From assembly GCA_951406725.2 (NCBI GenBank), contig OX597832.1:70742001-70806000 (forward strand): a stretch of 64,000 nucleotides of DNA, given 5' to 3'. The notes below the pieces were generated by a model that saw only the letters and a program-made list of their open reading frames with translations, did not search any database and was not told the DNA's origin. The position numbers were made by a program, and so were the translations under genes. This stretch comes from Octopus vulgaris. Taxonomy: Eukaryota. Below are positions 11,411 through 23,090 of this stretch, in pieces (the first letter of the stretch is position 1; each line of letters starts with the position of its first letter).

Positions 11411-13419
11411 GTGGCTGTTAATCTATGTGTGTGGTAGGGCTTAGTATTGTTTAAGGTCAAGGAAGAATGAATTAGGAGTGGCTCTCGTGTCTAATCTACC
11501 CATGTGGAAGAATGGTCAGTGACAGGTACTGGTAGCTTAAAGTATGTGTGTGTGTGCGTGTATGCATATGTATTGTGTGTTTGTTTTGTTTGTAGTGTGT
11601 GTGTGTGTGTGTATGTATGTGTCTGTTTGTGTGTCTATGCGTAGAGTTTGTGTGTGTGGCGAATAACTGTGCTTTACTTTGTGTATGTGTACGTGTGTGC
11701 TTGTATGTGCGTATGTGTGTATACATGTATGTATAATTGTGTACGTGTATGTATGAGTGTATGCTGTGTGTATGGGATGTATGTGTGGGTTCATTTGTGT
11801 GTGTGTGTGCACGTGCGTGTCGTATGTGCGTATAGTTGTGTGTGTGTGTGTATGCGTATGTGGGTGTATATACGTGTATCCGTGGGGTTGTGAGTGTTAC
11901 GTGTGTGCATTCGTGTGCGTATGTGCGTGTGTACGTGTGCGCATGTTTGTGTATGCGCGTGTGTGTGTCTGTGTCTATATGTGTATACGTATGTGTATGT
12001 GTGTGTGCGCGTGTATGCATATATTGTGTGTATGTATATGTATAGGTGTGTATGTGAATTTGTGTATGCGTGTGGGGGGGGTTGAGTTGTGTAGGCGTAA
12101 TGTGCATGCATGTGTGTGTGCTTACGTGCGAGTGTGCGTGTATGTGCGTGTGTGTCTGTGCCCATGTGTGTATAATTGTGTGCGTATCTGTATGAGTATT
12201 GTTTGTTGGAGGTATATATGGGAATCTGTGCTGGTGTGAGTGTGTATGTACGTGTGTATATATGTGTGTGCGTGTATTATGTACGTATGTATGTGCGTGT
12301 GTGTGTATGTGCGTGTGTGCATGTGTGTATTTGCGTGCGTGTGTATATGTGTGTGTGAACGTGGAGACGTGTGTCAGGTTGTGTGCGTGAGATGTTTGTC
12401 AGGTTGTGTTCATTTTATTGTGTGTACGCTCATGTGCATGTATGTGATTGTGTGTACGTTTACGTGTGTGTGTCTAAAGGTATGCGTGTCTGTGTGTGCG
12501 TGGGGTTGGGTGGGATAGGTTTCTGTGCATTCCAGTGTGTGTACGTTTGTGTACGTGTGTGTGTGTGCGCGTGGGTGTATGTAGGTGTGTGTATATGTGT
12601 ATGTATGCGTGTGTGTATGTGTGTGGAAGCATGTGTGTGTATATGTGCATGTATGTATGTTGTATGTGTGTGGTGTGTGGGAGGTATATGTGTGTTCGTG
12701 GATACGTGAGTATGTGTGTGAATGTGTGTGTATGTGTTCGTGTATAAAAACAATAATTTATAAAAACAATAAATTATAAACAATAAAAAAACAATAAAAT
12801 ATAAAAACAATAAAATATAAAGAAGTTGATCCAATATAAAAGACGTAATTGCACGTAAGGAATCAAAAATGAAAAAAGAAATAAAGTTGCTTGTTACGGG
12901 AGGTGTAGAGGCAGTCACTAAGAGGAGGGGGCTGTGTTAAGTCCGTGCAGGATATTAATCCGTAAATTGAATATGTTTCGCTGTTCCAAGTGAAGCCTCG
13001 ATTGTGGAGATCCAATTGTGTAGGGTGAGACCAAACACAGAGATGTTACAGGGGGAATGATTGGCCAAGCGGAAGTGACGGACGACGGGAGAGTTGGAAC
13101 GTAGCCGAACATCCCTTAGATGTTCGGGGAACCGGTCGGTCAGGCTGCGGCCCGTCTGACCTACATAAAGCATCCCACAGAAGTTGCATTTTATACAGTA
13201 AATGAGTCCAGATGAAGAACACATAAAAGAATGTCTAATACGTACAGTTTGTTTATTGGAGCTGGTGATACCAGGGATGTTGGTGATGAAGGGGGCAGGT
13301 GTTGCAGCGGGAAGGATCCATGTGGGGCTGAGGGGAAAGAGAAGAAGGTGCTACGACCAGGAGATCGCGTTGGTTCCTGGCTCGTTTGAAGGAGGACAAG
13401 GGTGGGTTGGGGAAAATGG

Positions 13420-13422
<3 letters not shown>
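10990..13422 (-). mobile_element. Degenerate PLE 3' half: GIY-YIG remnant, long CA-rich 3' UTR and pseudo-LTR
   Basis: 12918-13420 minus encodes PPLSSFKRARNQRDLLV and CSSSGLIYCIKCNFCGMLYVGQTGRSLTDRFPEH. HHR at 11092-11126. Both ends abut TA repeats. Confidence 0.8.
11092..11126 (-). ncRNA. Minimal hammerhead ribozyme motif
   Basis: Minus strand: gttt CTGACGA a gag-ctcta-ctc GAAA cgtt aaac. Confidence 0.7.
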
Positions 13423-13473
<51 letters not shown>

Positions 13474-13521
13474 TACATATATATATGTAAGTATATATGT
13501 GTATATATATATATATATTAT

Positions 13522-13877
13522 AAATTGATAGATATGGCAAGACAGCAAAGGAATGAAAGACACCGCGATGTTCTGTAAATAGAGAATTTATCTGTAAATA
13601 TATGTGACAATTTTTCGGTAGCCATGATAAAACTCCGAGTTTCGGATGTCGAGGCGGAAACCCACGCCGGCATCTCATCAGTTATAGGGCCATCGAAAAA
13701 AATGCTATGATAATGACCGTTAAACAAAGGGAAATTACTGTGTGATTGACTGTTATTAAAACAAAAGAATGAAAGGGACAACAAAACTTCCAGATAGACG
13801 AAAGGAAGAAAATAAGGACGGGTCATTCGGAGTTTTCTTTCCTCAATCGAGTTCCAGATTATCTTTGCAATTTCGAT
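13522..13877 (-). mobile_element. Solo PLE pseudo-LTR-like element
   Basis: Non-coding island between (TA)n and (TATG)n that carries an intact HHR motif. Confidence 0.6.
13627..13685 (-). ncRNA. Hammerhead ribozyme motif
   Basis: Minus strand: ataa CTGATGA gatg-ccggcgtgggtttccgcctcga-catc c GAAA ctc-g-gag TT ttat. All three stems are present. Confidence 0.75.
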
Positions 13878-14551
13878 ATGTATGTATGTATGTCTCTTCT
13901 ATTTTTTAATAATTATAAATCTTCCACTGAGGAGTGAGCCGTTTTCCAACAAAGAGAGAAGGCTTTGGGATATAGTGAACAAAGAAAAATTCACATTTGG
14001 AACTTGAGAAAAGTCTTGCTTATTTTTACTGTTCCACTCACAGATTGCACTTGTACGAATCAGCCTATCAATTTCTCTTTCTAAAAATCCAGTTTATCCA
14101 GATTCTTCTTCAAGCATTTACTAAAATGTGTGTATGTATGTATGTATGTATGTATGTATGTATGTATGCATGTATGTATGTACTTTAGTGTGTGTATGTA
14201 TGTATGTATGTATGTATGTATGGATGGATGGATGGATGGATGGATGGATGGATAGATAGATGGATGGATGGATGGGTGGATGGATGGAGGATATATGTAT
14301 ATAGAATTCATTTCGATTCAAAAAGTAATGCTTTCACCTTCAACTGAATCCTAATGCAGCAAGCTTGTTTGTTCTGTTCAAAAACGTTGTAAAGGATGGC
14401 CCGTTGCCGGAATTGCAGCGTCTATGATGCATAACTGCATACAGAGCAATGTGCAGTTGCTGCCGTATGTTAGTCGTTTATATATATGCTGTAGAAAACT
14501 TTTTAATAAAAAAGTTTTGAATGTGAATAAATCTCCACTTTCCTCTTGGTT

Positions 14552-14606
<55 letters not shown>

Positions 14607-14758
14607 AACTAAATTCTGTTTTTAAATGACTTTGCTTTAAATGACTTGCATTCGGTACAATTTGTTTATTTTAGTAGTTTTGACTGCAAGAGTCCCTCCT
14701 AGCGTGCGGTACCTATGAATAATAGTACCCTCTATATAATATATATATATATATATAT

Positions 14759-15197
14759 ATAGAATGGTTGTATACTGTCAATTTAACGTGACAGTAGGGG
14801 ATTACACCACCGCTGTTTAGCCCTAGGAAGCATCGACGCTTCCTGATGGCTTCGACACATTTTTTCCTGTGTCTTTATATATTTACGAAGGGGAGACAAA
14901 CACCCCCAGCAGCCAGGCCTGCATCTAGAGACACTACTCTAGACCGATGATGGACAAAGATACTGAAACATGCGTGTCTCTAGATGCAGGCCTGGCTGCT
15001 GGGGGTGTTTGTCTCCCCTTCGTAAATATATAAGGACACAGGAAAAATGTGTCGAAGCCATCAGGAAGCGTCGATGCTTCCTAGGGCTAAATAGCGGTGG
15101 TGTAATCCCCTACTGTCACGTTAAATTGACAGTATACAACCATTCTATCGCCCCACTACCGTACATATCTCTATGAGATATTTAGAAATTTAATATT

Positions 15198-15202
<5 letters not shown>
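14759..15202 (+). mobile_element. PLE pseudo-LTR with ~175-bp 5' inversion
   Basis: Arms 14759-14934 and 14974-15148 are near-perfect reverse complements. The spacer holds the HHR core. (TA)n flanks both sides. Confidence 0.8.
14939..14983 (+). ncRNA. Hammerhead motif with a U4-to-C core change
   Basis: ctaga CCGATGA tggacaaagatact GAAA c-atgcgt-g TC tctag: stem I ctaga/tctag, GUC triplet. Confidence 0.55.
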
Positions 15203-15247
<45 letters not shown>

Positions 15248-15567
15248 TCTCTTATTTGATTCAGTCATGTGACTGGGTTCATTGTTGGCCCATTTCGTGT
15301 ATAAGGGAGTTTGATTCCGGTGCCCTGTATAGAAATGTAAGATTATTCCCACCCTCTACAAATTTATGACATCGCATCGAGTTCACAAGTTTATTTTTTA
15401 TATGTCTGTTGCATATTGATGCATGAACATGTCAAAGACGCCGAAAGACTAACATAAAACGCATTTGCTTTGCAAACATTATGCCCTACAATAAGAGTTT
15501 TAACTGTCACCATAGCGACAGGTAGATCACATCCATACTACAGATATATGTTATACAAAAAGTTGTG

Positions 15568-15618
<51 letters not shown>

Positions 15619-16084
15619 AGACGAAAGAGAAAGAGGGAAGAGAAAACATGAAGACATGGTGGCAGAGTAATGTTTACAAATTTGTTTTTTTTTAAATATT
15701 TTCCTTATTGTATTTTTGTGAGTTTCTATTTGTTTATTCAAATTACAACTCTTATCTTTATGAGTGAATAGAGGTCGCTTTCTATCGAGTTGATGGAAAG
15801 AATCTTAACTTGATGCGAGTAAAATTATTGATTTTCAGCATTGGCACAAGACCATAATACTACGGTTTTGGGGAGAGAAAAACTTCGGTTGAACGTCGTC
15901 AACAAGTAAACTTAACGTCATTTGTTTTATCGACCCTGGAAGGGGATAAAATCTGCACTGACCGTGAGAAGAAATGAACTAGAAGAAATTCAAAGTCACC
16001 TATTTACACCCAACACAGTATGCCATTATGCCAATAACAATGCTGCTGCTAATGATGATCATGATCATGATCATGATAGTGATC

Positions 16085-16477
16085 GTTTCTGTAATAAGCA
16101 GAAGGCCTTAAATTTTGGGTAAAGGGGTTAGTCGATTATATCAGCTCCAGTACTCGACTGGTACATATTTTATCGTCCTGAAAAGATTAAAGGCAAAGTC
16201 GATCAGGGCGGAATTTTGAACTCAGAATGTTAAGAAAGACGAAATACCTATTTCTTTACTACCCACAAGGGGCTAAACACAGAGAGGACAAACAAGGACA
16301 GACAAACGGATTAAGTCGATTACATCGGCCCCAATACGTAACTGGTACTTAATTTATCGATCCCGAAAGGATGAAAGGCAAAGTCGACCTCGGCGGAATT
16401 TGAACTCAGAACGTAACGGCAGACAAAATACCGCTAGGCATTTCACCCGGCGTGCTAACGATTCTGCCAGCTCGCCG

Positions 16478-16480
<3 letters not shown>
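16085..16480 (-). mobile_element. tRNA-derived SINE family 2 with two tandem internal ~184-bp units
   Basis: Head ggcggcgagctggcagaatcgttagc, B-box-like gagttcaaattcc, core ggtcgactttgcctttcatcctttcggg..gataaattaagtaccag. Many copies in the window. Confidence 0.85.
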
Positions 16481-16562
<82 letters not shown>

Positions 16563-16640
16563 AAGAAGAAGAAGAAGAAGAAGAAGAAGAAGAAGAAGAA
16601 GGAGGAGGAGGAGGAGGAGGAGGAGGAGGAGGAGGAGGAG
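16481..16640. repeat. Compound microsatellite (AAT)n(AAG)n(GAG)n
   Basis: Read directly. Confidence 0.95.
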
Positions 16641-16649
16641 TATGCTAAT

Positions 16650-17011
16650 ATTTCATTTAGGCCGAAGGTCAATAATTGTGAATGCAGGGTTTAGTCGATA
16701 TTGCGGTCCTCTATACTTGACTGGTATTTTATTTTGACACCGAAATAAGGAAAATCAGAGCTGACCCCCATGAGGGTCATCAGAGCACATCATCCAAGTT
16801 CACACCGAAGACATATCTGCCATTAACAATCCGAAGCAATGGAGTGACGGGAATGCAAGATCAACGGTGTCTTCACTCTGATGACCCTCATGGGGGTCAG
16901 CTCTGATTTTCCTTATTTCGGTGTCAAAATAAAATACCAGTCAAGTATAGAGGACCGCAATATCGACTAAACCCTGCATTCACAATTATTGGCCTTCGGC
17001 CTAAATGAAAT
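16650..17011. repeat. 136-bp inverted duplication (one mismatch) with 90-bp spacer
   Basis: 16650-16785 versus 16876-17011. Confidence 0.9.
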
Positions 17012-17289
17012 TATATCAATTACAACCGGTTCATTGCATTCCGATTTGAAATCCTCCTGCGGCCTACTTTTACGATAAATTCAACCCGCTGCCCATTTTA
17101 ATACTGTCACACCTGGCAACTTGAGGGATTTAGATGGCACTCATCAACACAAGTAAATAACTTGGGGTAGGTTTCCGGTCTCAGAAAATCTTCTAAACAG
17201 ATTTTTATTATTGCGATCTTGTCAAATAGAATTTCTATTTGACAAATTCGAGAAACGAACGAAAGCGCTAATAATAATGAAGAAATAAA

Positions 17290-17605
17290 AAGATTTTTTC
17301 CAGAATTCTGACGACCATAGGATTGCGGTTTCGATTCCTACACCGGGCGTAGTGAGTGCTTATTGAGCGAAAACACCAAAATCTCCACGAGGCTATTGTA
17401 TTATTTTTCCACAACATTCTCTCACTCTTTCTTCCAGTTTCTGTTGTACCTGTATTTCAAAAGACCAGCCTTGTCAAGCTGCTCCGAGAACAACGTTAAG
17501 GGTACACGTGTCTGTGGAGTGCTCAGCCACTTGCACGTTAATTTCCCGAGCAAGCTGTTCGAGTCAACTGGAACCACTGTCGTCGTAACCGACGGAGTGC
17601 TACTG
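17290..17605 (+). mobile_element. Degenerate tRNA-derived SINE (third family)
   Basis: B-box-like ggtttcgattcc followed by a ~270-bp body ending at a TA-rich tract. Single copy here. Confidence 0.4.
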
Positions 17606-18589
17606 TACATATGTACGTATATATAAAGAAATAATTTTCATTCAATTGCATTAGGTTCTTATGTTGAGGCATCAAGTCAGCCCGTTATTATCCGCACAGT
17701 TCCAAGTAAGATGAATAAAATCAAAATAAGCAGCTGAATATCAAGTACTTGATATCCTGTTGCTTATTTTGATTATATATATATATATAGGTATATATAC
17801 ATATGTTTATATCCATATATATATATATAATGTATGTATAGGTATATATATTTACTTGTGCATATATATGCAAATATATACATACACAAACGCGCTCGCA
17901 CACACACATGATATATATATATACACGCACGCACTTATATATACATATACATATATACATGCATACATACATACATATGTACATACATATGCAAACACAT
18001 AGGTACACAGACACGCATATGTCTACGTCAGCAATTCGGGGTGCATATCATGTACTTGTTCCTCGTCTGGTCTATCGACAAATTATTGATTTCTTGAAAT
18101 TCTATCACAAAGCATACGTTGAAAAACCGATCAAAGGATTTTTATTTTGTTTTTGTTTTTTGCTGAATTTTATTAGAAACTATAGCAACTACTACTACTT
18201 CTACTACTTTAATATCAATACATGAAAACGAAAATAAAGCAAAGAAATATAAGGGGACTCACAGGGGCCTCAACATTGTTGCCCGATAATTGTAAAAATA
18301 GCAACCAAACCTCCCTTACGTTACACTCTTCTGTCTCCAAAAGTAAGGCTCATAAGGTAATATAGCGTATAGTAGTTCATCCATTAAAAGATAAGGCAAG
18401 TCACGGACAGCTTGACTCGCTTTTATTGTATGGTTGCTGCTCATTCGAGGACGACGTTTACAACGCCTTCTCGAATAATTTTGTACGTATATATATATAT
18501 GCATTGGTATATGTATATATGTAAACATCACTACGTGTGCATACTTTTGTTTGTTTGTATAAGTATATATATATATGTATATATATATC

Positions 18590-18772
18590 GCTAACCACTA
18601 AAGCTTTTTTAAAATTCTCTGTTTATTTTCTGTGTTACTTTCTGTTGAAGAGCGTTGCCTCGAAGCGTAAAATACTTTCTCACCTTTCCGAGCCTTAAAG
18701 TAATACCCCTGTTTGTTGTTTACACAACTGCCTTCATCTTTTGTTTTTGGGGTTTTTTTCGTAAATTCCAAC
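18590..18772 (+). mobile_element. Degenerate PLE pseudo-LTR-like fragment
   Basis: Lies between (TA)n tracts; contains a decayed HHR-like ctgttgaaGAGcgttgcCTCGAAGcgtaaaa. Confidence 0.4.
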
Positions 18773-18869
18773 TATATATATATATATATATATACTCTTT
18801 TACTCTTTTACTATTTTTCTCTTTTACTCGTTTCAGCCATGCGGCTACGGTCATGCTGGAGCCCCACCA

Positions 18870-20326
18870 TAGTCCTTCTGATTTCCTCAGTCTGAGATGT
18901 TTCACATCACCATTCCTGTATGTGCCTCTTTTCCAGCTGCTCTTTTGTGGAACTTCAGGAAACAATATAGAAGTTCAAGTTGGTATTATGCCTAAGGTGA
19001 CATATATTTGGTTTTGCGCATATTATTGTTCTAGAGAATGCGTAACAAAACGACAAAATTATGAGTCTGGTTTAAAATTTGAAATTACATAGACAGTATT
19101 TTACGTAGGGTATAAGTAGTTCCTATGAGCACTATTTTCTAAATTTCTGCCATTTTCAGATTTCCTGGTATCTGAGCTAGTTAGCAATCAGCCCATTTTG
19201 CTATCATTCCCAGGGCACCTATGACAACAGGTATTGTTCTAATCTTCAGGTTCCACATTTTGCTAATTTTTATTTCGAGATCTTTATACTTGCTCAATTT
19301 CTGGTAGGTCGTAACAGATACGTTTATGTTGATTGAGACAGTCATATTAATGAAGGGGCATGATTTTTGTCTGAAATCCTTCAATATGATGTCTGGCCTA
19401 TTCGCATATATTTTTCTGTCAGTTTGAATTGTGAAGCTCCAAAGGAGTGTAATGTTATCATTTTCAATCACTGGAGGTGGTTTGTTTTCCCACAAGTTTT
19501 TATCATGGGGTAGGTCCAGGTTTTTGCAAATAACCCAGTGAATATACTGTACTGCTCTATTATGCCTATTGAGATATTCTGCAGGTTCATGAAGACTCTA
19601 CATGGAGAAAACATGATCGATGGTTTCATTTTCGGGCTACATAGACGACGTGTAGGGCTATATACGACTTGTTGACCAGGTAGCTCCATGTAGCTAGGCA
19701 TTGATCTTTTGCTGCTATGATAAACCCTTCTGTCTCTGATTTTAAGCCAGAAGACACTAACCACTGATGGGTAAGAGTTTTGTCAACATCGGCATTATTA
19801 ACTCTCTTTGAATATTTGCCATTCAGAGGTTTTTTGCCATTTATCAGTAAGAATATCTAAGGCAGCAATTTTAGTACAGGTTTTCATACGCTTAGCTTTT
19901 TCCGCGCTTGATTCCAGTACGTCTTATTCTGAAGTTTGTTGTATTTGGAATTCACTTATATATTCCTTTGCCTTATATATTCCTTTGCATGTATGATGCT
20001 CTCTTGTTTTCATATTTTGAGACAAGTTTTAACAGCCAGTTCTCAGAGTTTTTCAGGTATGCGTCTAGGCCAATTGTAGCAATCTTCATTGTCAATTCCA
20101 GTTGTAAAAGTGCATGGCCTGACTCTTTTCTTTGCAGACAAAGTCGTTCTATATCTGCCTTACGGTGGTGCATTCTATGCATTGTCAACAGTTTTCGTAT
20201 TTTTCTGTCACGATTACTTATTTCAGTAATTGACCAGCTAATGACATTGAAACTGTAAGTCACGACTGGTATGGCTAAACTATTGATAGCTTCGATCCTG
20301 TTTCTTGCATTCAGTTCTGCTTTGAG

Positions 20327-20330
<4 letters not shown>
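18870..20330 (-). mobile_element. R4/Dong-type LINE family C, 5'-truncated and degenerate
   Basis: HRMHHRKADIERL, NRPDIILKD, KLSKYKDLEI and IPVVIGALG on the minus strand. The 5' junction is in (TAA)n. Confidence 0.85.
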
Positions 20331-20399
<69 letters not shown>

Positions 20400-20766
20400 T
20401 TAAGATAGTTTTATTCGGCCCCATGCATCTTAAAATTTCATTGGCGGAGCAACAAGGACCTTGCACGTCGGGTACAGACAACCGAATACAGAAATGGAGG
20501 AAGACCATGATGGCTACTGGAAACTGGTGGAGCACATAGTATTGTTAAAAGTAGTATTTAAATACTAGCTACATCAAAATGCATCAAAACAGAGTTCCCA
20601 ATCTGTGGTTCATGGATCACCTGGCAGGACAAAATGTCCGTGATGCTTCATTCTCTAAGTAAACTTAGTGAGACACTTAAGCGACATCGACCGACAATGA
20701 GAGTTGGTGTGTGTTTACCTGCTGTATGACTGCGAAGATGTGCGTATTTGTTGCGTATGCGTGTCT

Positions 20767-20804
<38 letters not shown>

Positions 20805-21499
20805 TTGTGTGTGCGCCTGCGTGTAAGCTGACGCATATACGTGAGAGGATGACATCAGCTCGATGGTGTATGCGTACATGTTTCCTAGGATGTATGTACG
20901 CACGTTTGCCTATCAAGTATGTGTGTTTGCTTCTGTGTGCGTATACGTGCGTGGGTATGTGTATCAGTATCTCTGAGTGTGCGTATGTGTGTGTGTGCGC
21001 GCACATATACATTAGTGTCCGCGTATGCGGGGTGTGTGCATAAGTATTTGGAATGCATGCATGAGTGCCTGTGTGTGTTTGTGTGCGTACGAATGTCTGG
21101 TGCGCGTGAATATACTTATGTCTGTATATGTATGTGCATATATGACTGTGTGCATGTGTGCCTACATGCACGAGTGTACGTGTGTGTATGTGCGTGGTAA
21201 TATATATATCTGATGTGTGTTTGTTTACACCTGCATCTGATATTCTTGCGTGTAAGAGTACAACCGGTGTATGCACCTGTGTGTGCATAGGATTGCCCTG
21301 CGAGTATATGTGTGGTGGACTTATGTACTGATGCGTTAGGCTTGGCGCAACCTGTTAGAAACAGCGTCATGGGGGGGGGGTAAACAAATTTACCATTGAA
21401 TTTGATATTTAGTATTGTTAGGAAGAGAAAGAACGAGAAAAAATTTACATAGATATGTGTGTATTTATACACATTCACACACATGAAGATGGTCGTAGA

Positions 21500-22520
21500 T
21501 TACAGAAAATTCATTAGGCTGGAAAGTCAATTTGTGGTCTACGCAGGCAGCAGACATAAGCTACTTTGCCTTTGCTTATGGGGTAGTCAGTATTATGGTC
21601 GTATATCTGGGTTATCGGTGACCAGTGGCTTGAAGTATACCAAGAGGGTGTACCTCAGGTGACAGCAGTGATATAATTCGTATTTCCTGATGATGTTTAT
21701 TGCAGGTTGATGGAATATATGCAGTATTTCACGAATGGCGGGCTCCGAATGAGTAAAGAAAGGCCTTGTCGATGATGGTCCATTCGATGTTGGGGAAGTC
21801 TTTCCGGAAGTTTCGAATTCTCCAGATAAAGCAAGACAAGGAAGTAAAATGTTCTCTATCCCTACATCTAATGGAATGCATATACTGTGTGTGCCTTATC
21901 TTAAAGTTTTTGTCCACCATGCCAGTGAGGTGCCTAGTAATGCTATCGGATGGTGTGAGGGTGGCTATGTAGACTACAGCCTAGGAGAGGCAGGATACGC
22001 CCAGAGGACAGCTGGTAGAGTTTCTAGAGTTACAGGCTATAGCTGGAAGTAGTGTGAGTGCATGTTTGCAACTAATTTAGCGAGCAACGTTAGAAACGAT
22101 GTTTTCATGGAAGAATAGCTCACTTTGAAGTTGTACGAGTCAAAAAGCTTATAGTACATATGGTCTCTTGGGAAATGCTTCTTGATCAACTATAGAAAGT
22201 TCCTAACTACCTTGAGGGAAAATTTTAGGTTATATGGAAGGTTGAACCAGATTATCTTCCTCTTTTTGGTCTTCTTCGGGTACAATGGTAAGGTGGAGGG
22301 GTTCTCTGTATATGCTAACTTCTCGTGAAATCTACTCTTCTTTAAATGTGTCGTTGTAGTTGGCTATTGAAGGTCTCTCTGTTAGCTGAAAGTTTGAGTA
22401 CTTTTTCTACTAATGCCTGAAAGAAGGTGGTTATTTTGTGATGGGGTTGATTCGGACCTTAATTTAAAACATTTGAGGTCGCTGATATTTCGATATTCCT
22501 TTCAACCACACCATGCAACA
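21500..22520 (-). pseudogene. Degenerate PLE of Naiad-like type (thumb, linker, GIY-YIG)
   Basis: Minus strand gives RKIIWFNLPYN, CNSRNSTSCPLGVSCLS*AVVY, FKIRH, TSLSCFIW and IEWTIIDKA. Confidence 0.7.
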
Positions 22521-22679
22521 CGTCTTAATCAATAGCAGCCCAACTGGACTTCGTCCATTACCGCATTCAGTAGCCTGAGTTTCATGAGCTAGGGTCCTAT
22601 GCCGATTCTACGGGGATCACCGAAAATGAGAATTGCAAAATCCTGTGGGATGCAATGAGCAAACATCAGAAACCGAACA

Positions 22680-23058
22680 TTATTATGGTGAGCAAAAAAG
22701 AAAGAACATGTATGATAGTCGACATAGCATGACCCGGTAACAATAGCAACAATGTGAAAGACGAAAAAATAAGCAACTATGACGATTTGAAGCGGGAAAT
22801 ACGAAGGTTGTGGTCAATGATGAGAGTAGATGTGATAGCAATTGCAACTTGGTGCACTTGGAAGTATCAGCAGTCAACTACCAGCATGGCTGAAAAAGAT
22901 TGGTGCAATTGAGAAAAACCAGCATTGCTTGGAACTGCAAGAATTCTTTGCAGGGTTCTTGAAGCATGACCAGTAAACAAGCGTCACCTTAATCCGCTGG
23001 CTGTGGATAGCTGACACCTTCCATCATACCCAGCAAAATAAACTGAGTTTTCATATGA
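22680..23058 (+). mobile_element. Degenerate R4/Dong-type 3' end (family D-like)
   Basis: Decayed RLE region (ALGS, EKPALLGTARIL) and 3' UTR ending in (TAA)n. Confidence 0.6.
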
Positions 23059-23059
23059 C

Positions 23060-23088
<29 letters not shown>

Positions 23089-23090
<2 letters not shown>

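Noticed and set aside
14759-15148. MITE with long TIRs
   Set aside because: Asymmetric: sequence continues ~54 nt past the right arm and the spacer is an HHR core, which fits a PLE inversion better.
16452-16694. Poly-N/K/E protein
   Set aside because: Compound microsatellite read-through starting in a SINE head.
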